Below are positions 40,201 through 52,985 of a stretch of DNA of 64,000 nucleotides, one piece after another. Under the pieces are notes generated by a model. The model was not told where the DNA came from and ran no database searches. It worked only from the letters and a program-made list of their open reading frames with translations. Position numbers and translations under genes: made by a program. Source of the DNA: Camelus dromedarius (lineage: Eukaryota); contig NC_087437.1 of assembly GCF_036321535.1 (NCBI RefSeq), positions 17,176,001 through 17,240,000 of the forward strand, in the 5' to 3' direction. Position 1 is the stretch's first letter, and each line of letters begins with the position of its first letter.

Positions 40201-40936
40201 GTCTTACAACAGATGAAAGAACAGCAAGCATAGTGAAACAGCAACAGAATTAGAATTAGAAGTGGAGTCTGAATATGCGACTGCACTGCTGCAAATCTCA
40301 TGATAAAAACTTTAATAGATGAGGAGTGGCTTCTTATGGATAAGCAACGAAAGCAGTTTCTTGAGATGGAATCTATTGGTGAAGATGCTGAGAAGCATCT
40401 TGAAATGATAACAAAGAATTTAGAATATTACGAAATTTAATTGATAAAGCAGTGGCAGGGTTTGAGAGGACTAATTTCAATATTGAAAGAAGTTCTGTTG
40501 TGGGTAAAATGCTATCAAACAGCACTGCATGCTACAGAGAAATCGTTCATGAAAGGAAGAGTGCACCAATGTGGCAAACATTATTGTTGTCTTATTTTAA
40601 GAAATTGCCTTCCCAGCCTTCAGCAACCACCACCACCCTGATCATTCAGCAACCATCAACACTGAAGTATGACCTTTCTCCAGCAAAAAGATTACAATTC
40701 ACTGAAGAATCAAATGATGGTTAGCATATTTTAGCAATAAAGTATTTTTATGTATGTATATAAAGGTATGTACATCATTTTAAAGACATAATGCTATTGA
40801 ATATATACCTACAATATAGTTTAAATATAATTTTTATATGCACTAGAAAACTGAAAAAGTTGACTCAATTAATTGTGATATTTGCTCTAATGCCACAGCC
40901 TAGAACCAAACCCATAATATATCTGAGATATTCTTG
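37229..40936 (+). mobile_element. Full-length Tigger1 (pogo-like) DNA transposon, transposase disrupted, with L1 insert
   Basis: Termini TA|caggtatacctc and gagatattcttg|TA. Transposase remnants MIKFSEESMSKA...VSQVVNAK (39059) and [14 protein letters not shown] (39801). About 2.36 kb after removing the insert. Confidence 0.93.
37687..39012 (+). mobile_element. Composite L1 insert in Tigger1: artiodactyl-type L1 3' end (to about 38386) followed by L1MA9-like 3' end (to about 38985)
   Basis: Two successive, different L1 3'UTRs, each with its own A-rich end, bounded by caacaaaaaaattgtac and gaaaaaaagaattgtac. Confidence 0.82.
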
Positions 40937-43900
40937 TATATATAAATAAAAAGCTAAGTTACTATCAATTCAAACTAGATTGGTATAAACGTTAAGATGT
41001 GAGTGATCACCAGGATAATTACAAAGAAAATGAAAATGGTACACTAGAAGATCAAACAAAAAGAAAGGCAGTGATGGAGGAACTGAGCAACAAAGATATG
41101 AAGACAAACAGAAGAAAAGTAGCCATTTTGGCAAAAGTCCTTCATGATCAGCAATCACCTTAAATATAAACGTATTAAACTAACCAGTTAAGAGATAGAT
41201 TGGCACAATGGATTTTTTTTAATGATCCAATTATATGCTATCTACGAGAAATTTATTTTAAATTTAATTACACAAAGCGGCAGAAAATAAGAAGATGCAA
41301 AAAGATATTCTATGCAAACAATGAACAAAAGAAATCTGGAGTGACTATGCTAATATCAGACAAAATAAATTTTATGTCAAACTTACTATGAGAGATGAAG
41401 AGAAACATAATATATTGGGTAAAAATGGCCAATTCATCAGGAAGATGTAACAATCAAAAAGATATATATCCCAAACAGCAGAGTCCCAAAATACATGAAG
41501 GAAACACTAACAGAACTGAATGTAAAAACAGACATTGCTATAGTAACAGTGGGTGGTTTTAATACACCAATTTTAATAAAACACAAGATTTAGACAGAAG
41601 ATCAATAAGGAAACAAAGGACTTGAAGAACTCCATAAACCAAATAAACCTAACAGATATATATGGACCATTCTACCCAATAACAAAATACACATTATTCA
41701 CAAGTGCACATATATTCTGCAGGATAGCTGATTAGGTACAAAAAAGTCTCAATAACATTTAAAAGACTGAAATCACAGAAACCGTCTTCTTTGAGCACAA
41801 TCAAAAGCAAGCAGAAATCAATAACAGGAAGGAAACTGGAAAATTCACAAATATGTGGAAATGAAACAACACACTCTCAAATTACCAATGAGCCAAAGAA
41901 GAAATCACAAGAGAAATTAAAACACTTTGAGATCAGTTAAAACAAAAATACTATATACCAAAATGTATGAGAAGGAGCAATAACAGAGCCCAGAAGGAAA
42001 TACAGCTGTAAACATCTACATTAAAAGAAAAAAAATCAATTCAGTAACCTAACTCTATATTTTAATGAGAAAAAGAAGAGCAAAGTAAACCTAAAGGCAG
42101 GAAAAGTAAGGAAATAATAAAAATTAATGCAGAAGTAAACGAGAGACCAGAGAAATAACAGAACTAATGAGACCAAAAATTGCTTTTTTTTTAACATCAA
42201 CAGTATTGACAAACTTTTAGATGCACTCAGCAAGTAAGAAAAACAGAAGATGCAAATAATTAACAACACAAATGAAGGTAGGAATATTGCTATCAACTTT
42301 ACAGAAATAAAAAGATTGTAAGAGTCTAGGACAGATAATTATATGCCAATAAATTATATAACCTGTATTAAGTGGCTCAAGCAAAAATAAAAAATTAGAA
42401 TAGACCTATATCACATTCAAAGAGATTGAACCACTTATCAATATCTCCTAACAAAAAAGTCCACAACCAGATGGCTTCACTGGTGAATTCTATAAGCAAT
42501 TTAAAGACCAATAACTCCAATAAAGAAATAACACCAATCTTTCTCAAATTCTTCCTCAAAGTATATAAGGAAGAAAGACATCCTAACTCAATCTATGAGG
42601 CCAGCATTTCTTTTATACACAAGCCAAAGACACCACAAAATAACTACAGACCAATTTTCCTTATAAATATAGATGCAAAAATCCTCCAAAAAACCCCCTA
42701 GCAAACAGAATGAACTACACATCAAATGTAATATATACCATGGGCAAGTCGGATTTACCCAGGAATGCCAGAGTGGTTCAAAATTAGAAAGATCAATAGA
42801 TGGAATAAATACATTATTAGAAACAAGGAAAAAAGAACCACATAACCATCTCAAATTACAAGAAAAAGCACTTGAGAAAATCTCAAGAGACACCAAAGAG
42901 CCAAAACACTCTTTCATGACAAAAACATTCAAAGAACTAGGAACAGAAAGGAAGTTTCTTAATATGAAAAAAGGTATGTATGAGAAAAACACAAGTAACT
43001 TCATACTCAATGTTGAATGACTAAAATAAAAGCTTTCCTCCTAAAATCAGGAAGAAGTCAAGAATGTCCATGTTCAGCTTTCAATAAAGTTCTGTATGTT
43101 CAAATAGAACAATTAGGTGAGAAACAGATATAAATTGCATCCAAACAGAAAAAGTAAAACTATATCTATTCACAGATGACATAATACCCCATATACAGAA
43201 AATCTCAAAGAATCAACAACAACCAAATACTAGGAGAAAAAAGTTGCAGCTGCAAGATAACATACAAAAATTGTGTTTCTTTTTTAGAACTAATAAGTAA
43301 GTTTAACAATGTTAGGGTACAAACCCAACACACAAAAATTGGCTTTTTTTTGTACAGTACAATAAACGAAACAAAAAGGAAATAAAGGAAAAAATTCCAC
43401 TTACAACTACATCAGAATGAATCCTAAAAAATAAACTTAACCAAGGTGAAAAATTTGTTCATGGATCGAAAGATTTAATATTGTAATAATGTCAATATTA
43501 TCCAAAATGATCTACAGATTCAATATAATCACCGTCAAAATACCAATTACTTTTTATAGAAATACAAAATTCTGTCCAAAATTCTTATGGAATCTCAAGA
43601 AAAGGACCTTTAAAAGCCAAAACAATCTTGGGGGGGGGGGGGAAGGACCAAAGTTAAATGTCTTATACTTCTTGAGTTCAAAATTTACCACAGTGACAGC
43701 AATGAACAGCGTAAAGACACATACACACGCCAATGGAAAAGAAATAAACTCTCATATATATGGTCAAATGAATTTTGGCAAGGGAGTCGAGACAATGCAC
43801 TGGGAGAAAGACTGTCTTTTCAAAAACAGTGGTGCTGGGGAAAGTGGATACTCACATATAAAAGAATGAAGTTGAATCCAGACCTTACAATATATACAAA

Positions 43901-44177
43901 AATTAACTGAAAATGAGTCTAACATCTAAATGTAAGGGCTAAAACTATAAAACTCTTTGAAGAAAACAGGGGCAAAAGCTTTATGACATTAGATTTGGCA
44001 ATGAGTTCTTGGATATAACACCAAAAGTACAGGCAACAACAACAAAAAGTTGGACTTAATCACAATACAAAACTTCTGCATCAAAGGACATTATCAGCAA
44101 AATCAAAGGACATCCAAGGAATGGGAGAAAATACCTGAAAATCATATAGCTGATAAAAGTCTAGTATCCAGAATATA

Positions 44178-44399
44178 TAGCTGACCCTTGAATAACACAA
44201 GGGATAGGAGTTTCAACACTCCACACAGCTGAAAATCCACACATAACTTTACAGGTGTCCCTCCATATCCACAGTTCTGCAGCTGCATATTCAACCAACT
44301 CTGAATCTTGTAGTACTACAGTACGTATCTATTGAAAAAAAAAATCCATGTATAAGTAGACCCACATAGTTCAAACCCATGTTGTCCAAGGGCCAACTG
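44178..44399. mobile_element. Tigger2-derived MITE (MER8/Tigger2a_Art-like)
   Basis: TA|tagctgacccttgaataacac ... gttgtccaagggccaactg|TA; TIRs and TA duplication visible, 222 bp, inserted in L1 ORF2. Confidence 0.85.
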
Positions 44400-44610
44400 T
44401 AATTTCTTAACAATCCAACAAGACAAAAAATTCTAATTAAAAAATGGTCAAAGGACTCAAATAGATTCTCCAAAAAAGATACATTACTGGCCAAGAAACA
44501 CATAATAATTGAGGCTCAACATCATTAGAGAAATGCAAATGAAAACCACAACCCGATCATTTTGCAAACCCACTAGGATGGCTATAATCACAAAATGGAA
44601 GGTTAACAAA

Positions 44611-45610
44611 TGTGAGAAAAATCTTTGTCATCTTGGGTTAGGTAATGAATTCTTACATATAACACCAAAAGCATCATTCATAAATAGCAAACAAACAAAA
44701 AAAAGGGATTAACTGGACTTCATCTTTTTTCTCCACAAAAGGCACTGTTAAGAGATTGAAAAAAAACAAATCATATGCTGAGAGAAAATACTTGCAAATC
44801 ACATATCTGACAAAGAACTTGTGGGAAGAAAATATCAAAAAAAAAAAAAAAAAAGACCTCTCAAAACTCAAATATAAGAAAGAAAACAGTTCCCTGTTTT
44901 GAAATGGGTGAAAGATTTGAACAGATACTTCACTAATAAAAAGGTGACAAATACCCTAATTGATGCTCTTTCCCATTAGGGAAATGGAAATTAGAATCAC
45001 AATGAAATTCTACTACATACATATTAGAATGACTAAAATTAAAAAGACCATTTCAAGTGTTGCTGAGGAGTCAGAACAACTGGAAACCTTATACACATCT
45101 GAAGGGATCTGCAAAATAGCACAATCCCTTTGATAAACAGTTTGGCAATTACTTTAAAAGTTAACCAACACTAATCATATGACTAACTGAGCAATGTCTT
45201 TCCTAAGTATCCAAGTGAAAAAAAGCTTATATTCTTGCAAAAACACGTACTCAAATGTTTATAGCAGCTTCATTCATAATTGCCAAAAACTGGAAACATC
45301 CCCCATAATGTCTTAATTGAATGACTGAATAAAACCATGGCAAATCTACAAAACGCAATAATTCTCAACAGTTAAAAGCAATGGACTATTGATATATACC
45401 ACAACACTGATGAATCTCAAGTACACAGACTACATACTTACTGTAGAATTCCATTTATGAGATATTTTGGAAAACTACAGAGACAAAGAACAGATCAACG
45501 GTTGTTAGAGGTTGGGAGAAAGACAAAGAACAGATCAATGGTTGTTAGAGGTTGGGAGAAAAGATTCACCACAAAGAGACAGCATATTAGAATTCTGGGG
45601 GTGAACAACG
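44611..45610 (+). mobile_element. Second old L1 piece (ORF2 end and start of 3'UTR)
   Basis: Sequence steps back to an earlier ORF2 position (gagaaaaatctttgtcatcttggg) and runs on to tcaaatgtttatagcagcttcattcataattgccaaaaactgg. Confidence 0.7.
45481..45560. repeat. Tandem duplication, 40 bp x2 (39/40 identical)
   Basis: agacaaagaacagatcaa(c/t)ggttgttagaggttgggagaa twice. Confidence 0.95.
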
Positions 45611-47114
45611 TATGGAAACTAAAACTTTTCCTTTAAATCAATCAGAATCTTTTGCAGAAATTACTGAGCTAACTCTCAAATAAATATGGAAATAAAAAGG
45701 AACTGAAATAACTAAAACAATTTTGAAAAAGAAAAAATTCAAAAGACTTCCATTATCTGATTCCTATAAAAATGGGAACTTACACATTTATATAGGAAAC
45801 ACAAATATGGAATGCTTTACATAATATATGCAATTTGCATTTCTGACTCAGAAAAGCACTGTGGACATTCTACATCATTTCTTAATACTTATGTGTCATT
45901 AGTGTATTTAACCCATTCCTTAGTGAAAACTTAGCCTGTCTCTAATTTTTGACTGCTGTAAACAATGCTGTCATGTATCCTTCCTTAATCATACAAACAT
46001 ATTTGTAGCATATATTCCTTGTAATGAACATTTGTAATTCATTAATGCAATCTTTTACTAACCTCTAAAAATACTGTACTAATTACACTCCTTTTACTAG
46101 TAGATGCTGTATTAAATATAAAAACATAGTATATATTTAAACTTATCTAAACTAGTACAGTTTTAGTTTTACACCAGTACAACTTTAGAAGACAGAACAC
46201 ATCAGTTCACCCTTCCCACCTCTATCCCTTGTGATCTGAAAATAAAATTCACTGCCAGGTTTCTGGATCATACACCAAAATGTGTAATGATGGTTTCAGG
46301 ATATGCGCAAAATTTTGAGAATTTCAGTACATAGATATTTCACTTAAGCAGAAGAATCTGGTGTACTCTTATTCTCTACCACCACCACCACCCCCTTTAA
46401 TTGAGTCTTTTACTTTATTAAGCACAACCAACTCTGTTTTAGAAACCTGTACATTTTGCTCTGTGTACCCTCTACAGCTTTAAAAATATTTCCCTTGGTG
46501 GAGAAGGTATAAATAAATGATGGATACCAATCTTTCACTTAATATCATACCATCCCTTAATCTTTATTTCTGTTCTAATCATAGTTTTAAAAGCCTTGTT
46601 TGTATTCAGTATATTTTTCATAAGCCATTCTCACATTGTTCCTACAGTTCTAGCAATCTTATAATTCATCATTGGGCACATATCTAGCTATTCCTTTTTT
46701 AAAGGTAGTATTCCTTAAACTGGCATTGCTCTGTAACTTTACTTGCTTTTGCTCTTTTTCTTCTTTATTGAGAACATCCAACATTCATTAAGTAACTACT
46801 GAGTACTGCCTACATGCTAGGCATTGTGTTAACTTTCATTTTCAAGAATGAAAATTCTCCATTCTTCTGAGTTATATTGGTTTTGAAGACACTCTACCTA
46901 AAACAACATACATGTCTCTCTCTCACTCTGAAAGTTTTTCTAATATCTAGGGTACATTTCTCAACATCATCAATGTTGTATTCTAAGCTTACCCAATTAA
47001 CTTCTTCTCAGGGCTCCTGACTATTCCATTTTTCCTATCAGTTCTCACACTCAAAATATAATGCAGAAGAGCCACTTCTGAGGGATTAAAAATGGCAAGA
47101 CAACTAGCATTAAA

Positions 47115-50100
47115 AAAAAAAAACAGGCACAAAATCAGTAAAGACACAGATGAACTTAAAAAATACCATTAATCAACAGGATATAATTGACATCTAAAAA
47201 CTATTTCATCCAACATTCTCTTCAAGCTCACATGGAGCATTCATCAGGACAGATCACACTGTGGGCCATAAAACACTCCTTAACAAATTTGAAAGAGCAG
47301 AAATTACACAATGTATCTTCTCAGACTACAATGAAATTAAACTAGAAATCATTAACAGAAAAATAGCTGGAAAGTTCAAGACACGTGGAGATTAAACAAC
47401 ACAATTCTAAATAATACATAAGTCAAAGAAGAAAACTCAATAGAAATTTGAAAACATTTTCAACTAAATGAATATGAAAATACAACTTCTCAAAATTTAT
47501 AGGATGCAGCAAAAGTTGTACTTAGAGTGAAATTTATAGCACTGACTACATAAATTAGAAAGGGGAAAAAAACCTAAAATCACCTAAGCTTCCATCTTAA
47601 GAAACTAGATAAACAGAGCAAATTAAATAAAAACTAAGCATTAGAAAAGAAATGATAAAAATTAAGAGCAAAAAAATCAAAGAAGATGAAAACCAGTCAA
47701 TCAACAATGTGATTAAACGACTGAAACCAAAAGCTGGTCTCTGAAAACATCAAAAAATTAATAAACCTCTAGCCATCTAACTAAGAAAAAAGGAAACAAA
47801 TTACTAATAATCAGAAATGAAAGCAGAAATTTCCATACATAATCCCATGACATTAAAAGGATAATAAAAGAATAGTATGAACTATGTTCACAAATTTGAT
47901 AGATGAAATTAACCAATTCTTTGTAAGATACAACCTGCTAAGACTCACAAGGAGAAACAGACAACCTAAATAGGCCTATATCTATAAAACAAATTGAATC
48001 AAGAATTTAAAACCTACCAAGACAGAAAGCACCAGACCCAGGTGGGTTCACTAGTAAATTCTATTAAACATTTAAGGAAGAAATTACACCAATTCTCTAC
48101 AATGTCTTTAAGAAGACAGAAGTAGAAGGAATATTTCCTACCTCATTTTATGAGGACAGTATTACCCTAACACCAAAACCACACAGAGACATTACAAGAA
48201 AACTACAGACCAGTATCTCCCACCAACACAGATATAAAAATCCTCAACAAAATAGCAAATCAAATTTTTTAAATATATGAAAAGAATTATGCACCACAGC
48301 CTAGCAGGATTTATGCAGGGTATGCAAGGCTAGTTAAAAATCTGATAATCAAATAATGTAACCTACCATATCAGGAGGCAAAGAAGTAAAACCACACGGT
48401 CATATCATAGATTCTGAATAAAGATTTGACAAAATTCAGCACCCATTCAGGATTTAAAAAAAAAAAAAAAACCTCTCAGCAAACTAAAATAGAGGGGAGC
48501 TTCCTTAATTTGATAAAGAACATCTACAAAATTCCTACACCTAACAACATACGTAATGGTGAGAAACTAGAAGCTTTCCCTCTAAGAACAGGAACAAAAA
48601 GCAAGACTGACTGCTCTTACTACTCCTTTTCAACACTGTACCAGAAGTCCAAGCTAATGCAGTAAAGAAATAAAAAGAATACAGACTGGGAAGGAAGAAG
48701 TCAAACTTTCTTTGTATGCAGATTACACGTTTGTCTATAGAAAACCTGAAAGCATAGACAAAAAATAAATTCCTAGAACTAGTAAGCAATTACAACAAGG
48801 TTGCTGGATACAAGGTCAATATAGAATGTCATTAACTTTCATGTATACAAGCAAGGAATGAGTGAAATTTGAAATTAACACACCACCATTTATATTAGCA
48901 CCCCCAAAAAGAGAAATACTTGAGTATAAATCCAACAAAATATGGACATCTCGATAAGGAAAACTCCAAAACTCCAATAAAGAAATCCAAGAACTAAATA
49001 AGTGGACAGATTATATGTTCATAATTAGGAAGACTCACTATTGTCATGATGTCAGTCCTTTCCAACTTGGTCTATAGATTCAACACAATCTCAATCAATT
49101 TCCTAACAAGTTATTATGTGTATATCAAAAACTGATATCAAGTTGATATGGGAGGCAAAAGACCCAGAATAATCAACACAGTATTTTTTTAAAAAAAGAA
49201 CAAAGTTGGAAAGCTGACGCTATCTGAATTTAAGACTTGCTTTAAATCGACAGTAGTCAAGACAGTGTGATATTGGCAAAAGAATAGACAACTAGATTAA
49301 TAAAACAGTACAGAAAGCCCAGAAATAGACCCATACAAATATAGTCAACTGATCTTTCTTTCACAAAGGAACAAAAGCAATACATGGAAGAAACATAGTC
49401 TTTTCAACATACAGTGCTGAAACTGGATATCCACACTGGGGAAAAAAAAAGAAGAAGAAGAATCTAGACATAGATCTTACACTCTTCACAAAATTAACTC
49501 AAAATGGACTGAAGACTTAAATGTAAACTCAAAAATATAAAACTCTAAGAAGATAACATAGGAGAAAATCTAAATGACCTTGAGTATGGGGATAACTTTT
49601 TAGATATAACACCAAAGGCACAAGCTATGAAAAAAAAAAAAAAGGATTAATAAACTGGACTTCTTAGAATTAAAAACTTCTGCTCTGCAAAAGATACTGT
49701 CAGTAGAAGGAAAAGGCAAGTCACAGACTAGGAAATAATATTTGCAAAGGCATTTTTGCCTTCTTAATATTTGAAGTATCCAAAATACACAAAGAATTCT
49801 TAAAACTCAACAATAAGAAAACAAACAACCTACTTAAAATATGGACGTAAGACCTAAACCAACATTTCACAAAAGAAGATACACTGGCATATAGATTTAT
49901 TTACTAGATTTTTATTTTATTTATTTTTTGAAGGGGAGAGGTAATTAGGTTTATTTATTGATTTACTTACTTTTTTAATGGAGATACTGGAAATTGAACA
50001 CAGAACCTTGTGCACACTAAGCATGCACTCTACCACTGAGCTCTACCCTCCCCTACACACTGGCATATAAGCATATGAAATGATGTTCAACATCATGTCA

Positions 50101-51014
50101 TTAGGGAATTGAAAATTAAAAAAAACAAAAACAAAAACAGTAAGATACCTCTACACACCTATTAGAAGGTTGAAAATCCAGAAGACTGACAAAACCAAAT
50201 GCTGACAAAAATGTGGAGCAACTGCTGTTGGGAAGGCAAAATGGTACACCAACTCTGGATGACAGCTTGGCAGTTTCTTACAAACTCAACATACTCCTAC
50301 CATATGATTCAGCAATCATGTTCCTAGGTATTTATCTGAAGGAGGTGAAAACTCATCTCCACATAAAAACCTGCATACAAATGTTCATAGCAGCTTTATT
50401 CAAAATTGACAAAACATGGAAGGAACCAAGACATTCTTCAGGAGGTGAATGGATAAACTGTAGTACATGCAGACAATGGAATATACTCAGCACTAAAAAG
50501 AATGAGCTATCAAGCCACGATAAGACATGACTGAAAACTCAAATGCATATTACTGACTGAAAGAAGTCAATCTGAAACTGCTCCATATTGTGTGATTTTA
50601 ACTACATGGCATTTTGGAAAAGGTAAAACTACGGAGACAGTCCAAGTATCAGTGGTTGCCAGAGGTTAGTGGGCAGGAGAGATAAGAGGTGGAGCACAGA
50701 GGGCTTTTAGAGCAGTGAAACTTTTCTGTATGATACTATAATGATGAACACATGTTATTATACATTTATCAAAACCCACAGAATATACAACACCAAAAGT
50801 GAACAATAAGGTAAACTATGGACTTTGGGTGATGACAAGTTAGTGTAGGTTCATCTATTGAATACATGTATGTACCACTATGGTGCAAGATGCTGACAGT
50901 GGGAGAGGCTATATGTATGTGGAGACATACATACAGGGGTGTATGGGAAGCTTCTGTCAATTTTGCTGTAATCCTAAAACTGCTCTTAAAAATAGTCTTT
51001 TAAAAAAAAAAAAA
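47115..51014 (+). mobile_element. Old L1 (L1MC-like), ORF2 through 3'UTR and poly(A)
   Basis: ORFs 48426 (IEGSFLNLIKNIY...NGEKLEAFPLRTGT) and 50213 (LPYDSAIMFLGIY...TCIQMFIAALF); A tail at 51002-51014. Confidence 0.88.
49894..50054 (-). mobile_element. tRNA-derived SINE (Vic-1-like) inside L1
   Basis: Perfect 13-bp TSD acactggcatata at 49881-49893 and 50057-50069. Confidence 0.92.
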
Positions 51015-52030
51015 CAGTAATAGTAAACAATTTGTGAGCTGATTAAGGTTTTCTGCAGGTGTTAATTTTTGTCCTTATAAATTAATATTTCTTTTCCATT
51101 GGTCAATTTTATGATCTCAGGTAGATTTAAGCACATGTGTGCAAGAGTACATGTGTACACAAAGACAGGGGCACAATGCTCTACTTAAACATGAAGTTTG
51201 CCATGCATGCGCTATGCCACAAATGATGAGAGGAAGAAAAATAAAATGCAGCATATAACTGCCAGCCTGCTCCTTTCCTAACACCCTGTTTTATAAATTC
51301 TTATTAACTGAGTCAAGAACAAGGGTTAAAGAGCAATATCTAAAGCGTAGTTTATTTCCAATCACAAGCAGTATCATCTGTGGAGTACAAGGTCCTATGC
51401 TTTAATCAGAGGAATTTATTCTCTAGGGTAAAGACTTATATAATATAATCTAGTTAATTCAGGTCCCTCTTTTATCATTCCTAAAATTCTACCTGAGTTG
51501 CCTTAAAAGAATCTCTTAGCAAGGAATGTATACACACATACACACAGAGGTAGGTGGTAGTGGAGTGCCACATGATTTGCAAAAGCAATACAACAATTAA
51601 AATAACAATATTTATAAAACTGCTTTCAACAATTTTGATAGTACTACACTGTAACTACATAGAAGTATTAGACTCATTGACTATTTTTTTACCAGAATTA
51701 TGATTGTTACCTATGTTTATGATAGTAAATTAAAGATATTAAGAGAAAAACTGTTGTCCAATATAACCTACATGAACATATACCTCATAATACAGAAAAT
51801 TTAAGTAGATTCAACCAAGAAAACAAAGTACTAATCTCTTTTCCCAGTATAATTTCAGCCTACAAATGAGAAAGATTTTCTAGTTCTTTTAGCGAATAAA
51901 AAGAATGCCAAAATAGTATTGGATCCTCCAAGTTACAAAGCAATTCACACTATAAGAAGACCCAAACAGGAAATAGGCAACATTATGACACAAGAAATGG
52001 GGAAGTAGTAAACTTCAGGAAAAAGTTAAC

Positions 52031-52147
52031 TTTTGGGGGCGGGGGGTCCTGTGGAGAGTAGGTTTGTTTATTTGTTTAGTTTTAAACTCAGGACCTCGTG
52101 CGTGTTAAGCACACAGTCTTAACACTGAGCTATACCCCCCCCACCCC
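52031..52147 (-). mobile_element. tRNA-derived SINE (Vic-1-like), internally shortened
   Basis: aactcaggacctcgtgcgtgttaagcacacagtcttaacactgagctataccccc is the reverse complement of the SINE head. Confidence 0.82.
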
Positions 52148-52179
52148 AGAAACATTAATCTTTAAAATCTCAAATATTA

Positions 52180-52458
52180 GGGGGGAGGTATAGTTCAGTG
52201 ATAGAGCATGTGCTTAGCATCATGCACAAGGTCCTGGGTTCAATCCCCAGTACCTCCATTAAAATAAATAGATAGACAGGTAGACAGATAGACAGACAGA
52301 CCAACCTAATTACCTCCCACCCCACCACCTCAAAAGAAAAGAAAAGAAAAGAAAAGAAAAGAAAAGAAAAGAAAAGAAAAGAGAAGAGAAGAGAAGAGAA
52401 GAGAAGAGAAGAGAAAAGAAAAGAAAAGAAAAGAAAAGAAAAGAAAAGAAAAGAAAAG
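52180..52458 (+). mobile_element. tRNA-derived SINE (Vic-1-like) with expanded microsatellite tail
   Basis: Perfect 13-bp TSD atctcaaatatta at 52167-52179 and 52459-52471; A and B boxes present. Confidence 0.93.
52332..52458 (+). repeat. Compound pentanucleotide repeat (AAAAG)10(AGAAG)6AG(AAAAG)9
   Basis: Counted directly; 127 bp of pure purine. Confidence 0.95.
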
Positions 52459-52664
52459 ATCTCAAATATTAAAGAGACAGATAATTTACACCAAAATAGA
52501 ATTACATGCTCAATGGGACAGAGATAAAAAAGTTCATTGGTAACAGCAAGTTGGCTCGTTATTCTGCTTTTTTTCTTCCAATAAAGTATTATTAAAAAAA
52601 AAAACTATCCCCTTCTTACCATTTCTGGGTAACAGAGCCTTAAAATCAAAAGGAAATACAACAG

Positions 52665-52985
52665 AGTGCTTTAAGAGTTTGGGCTCTGGAGCCAGATTGT
52701 CTGGCCCTTAGAACAATATACTTTCTAACTCTGCAACTTACTATGCCTCAGTATTCCCACCTGAGGAATAATAAAAGAAGTGCATACTTCATATGGTTAT
52801 TGAGAGAAGAAACTGGAAGAATGCCTGTAACTAATAAATATTAATTAACTCCTAACTACAGAAGGAAGGAGCAGATAAAAATATAAAATGTCAGCTCTGT
52901 GAGGGCAAGTATTTGTTCTTTTCGCCCACTGTAATATTCTTAATGCCTGAAACCTAGTAAACATTTGTTGAATTAACAATGTATG
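52665..52985. mobile_element. MIR followed by an L2 3' end
   Basis: gggctctggagccagattgtctgg...atgcctcagtattcccacctg (MIR), then agctctgtgagggcaag...gtaaacatttgttgaat (L2). Confidence 0.65.

Larger units (their letters stand above)
33515..44610 (+). mobile_element. Long ancient L1 (5' region, ORF1 remnant, ORF2) fragmented by later insertions
   Basis: ORF1-like stretch near 34540-35260 (gaattccatacccagcaaactatcattcaaaaatg). Endonuclease region in ORF 41200 (DPIICYLREIYF...KKIFYANNEQKKSGVTMLISDKI). RT region in ORF 42426 (YRPIFLINIDAKIL). ORF2 C-terminal part to about 44600. Confidence 0.75.

Noticed and set aside
39059..40724. Domesticated Tigger transposase (TIGD1-like) gene
   Set aside because: The reading frame is broken into short pieces by stops and frameshifts, and an L1 sits just upstream of it.
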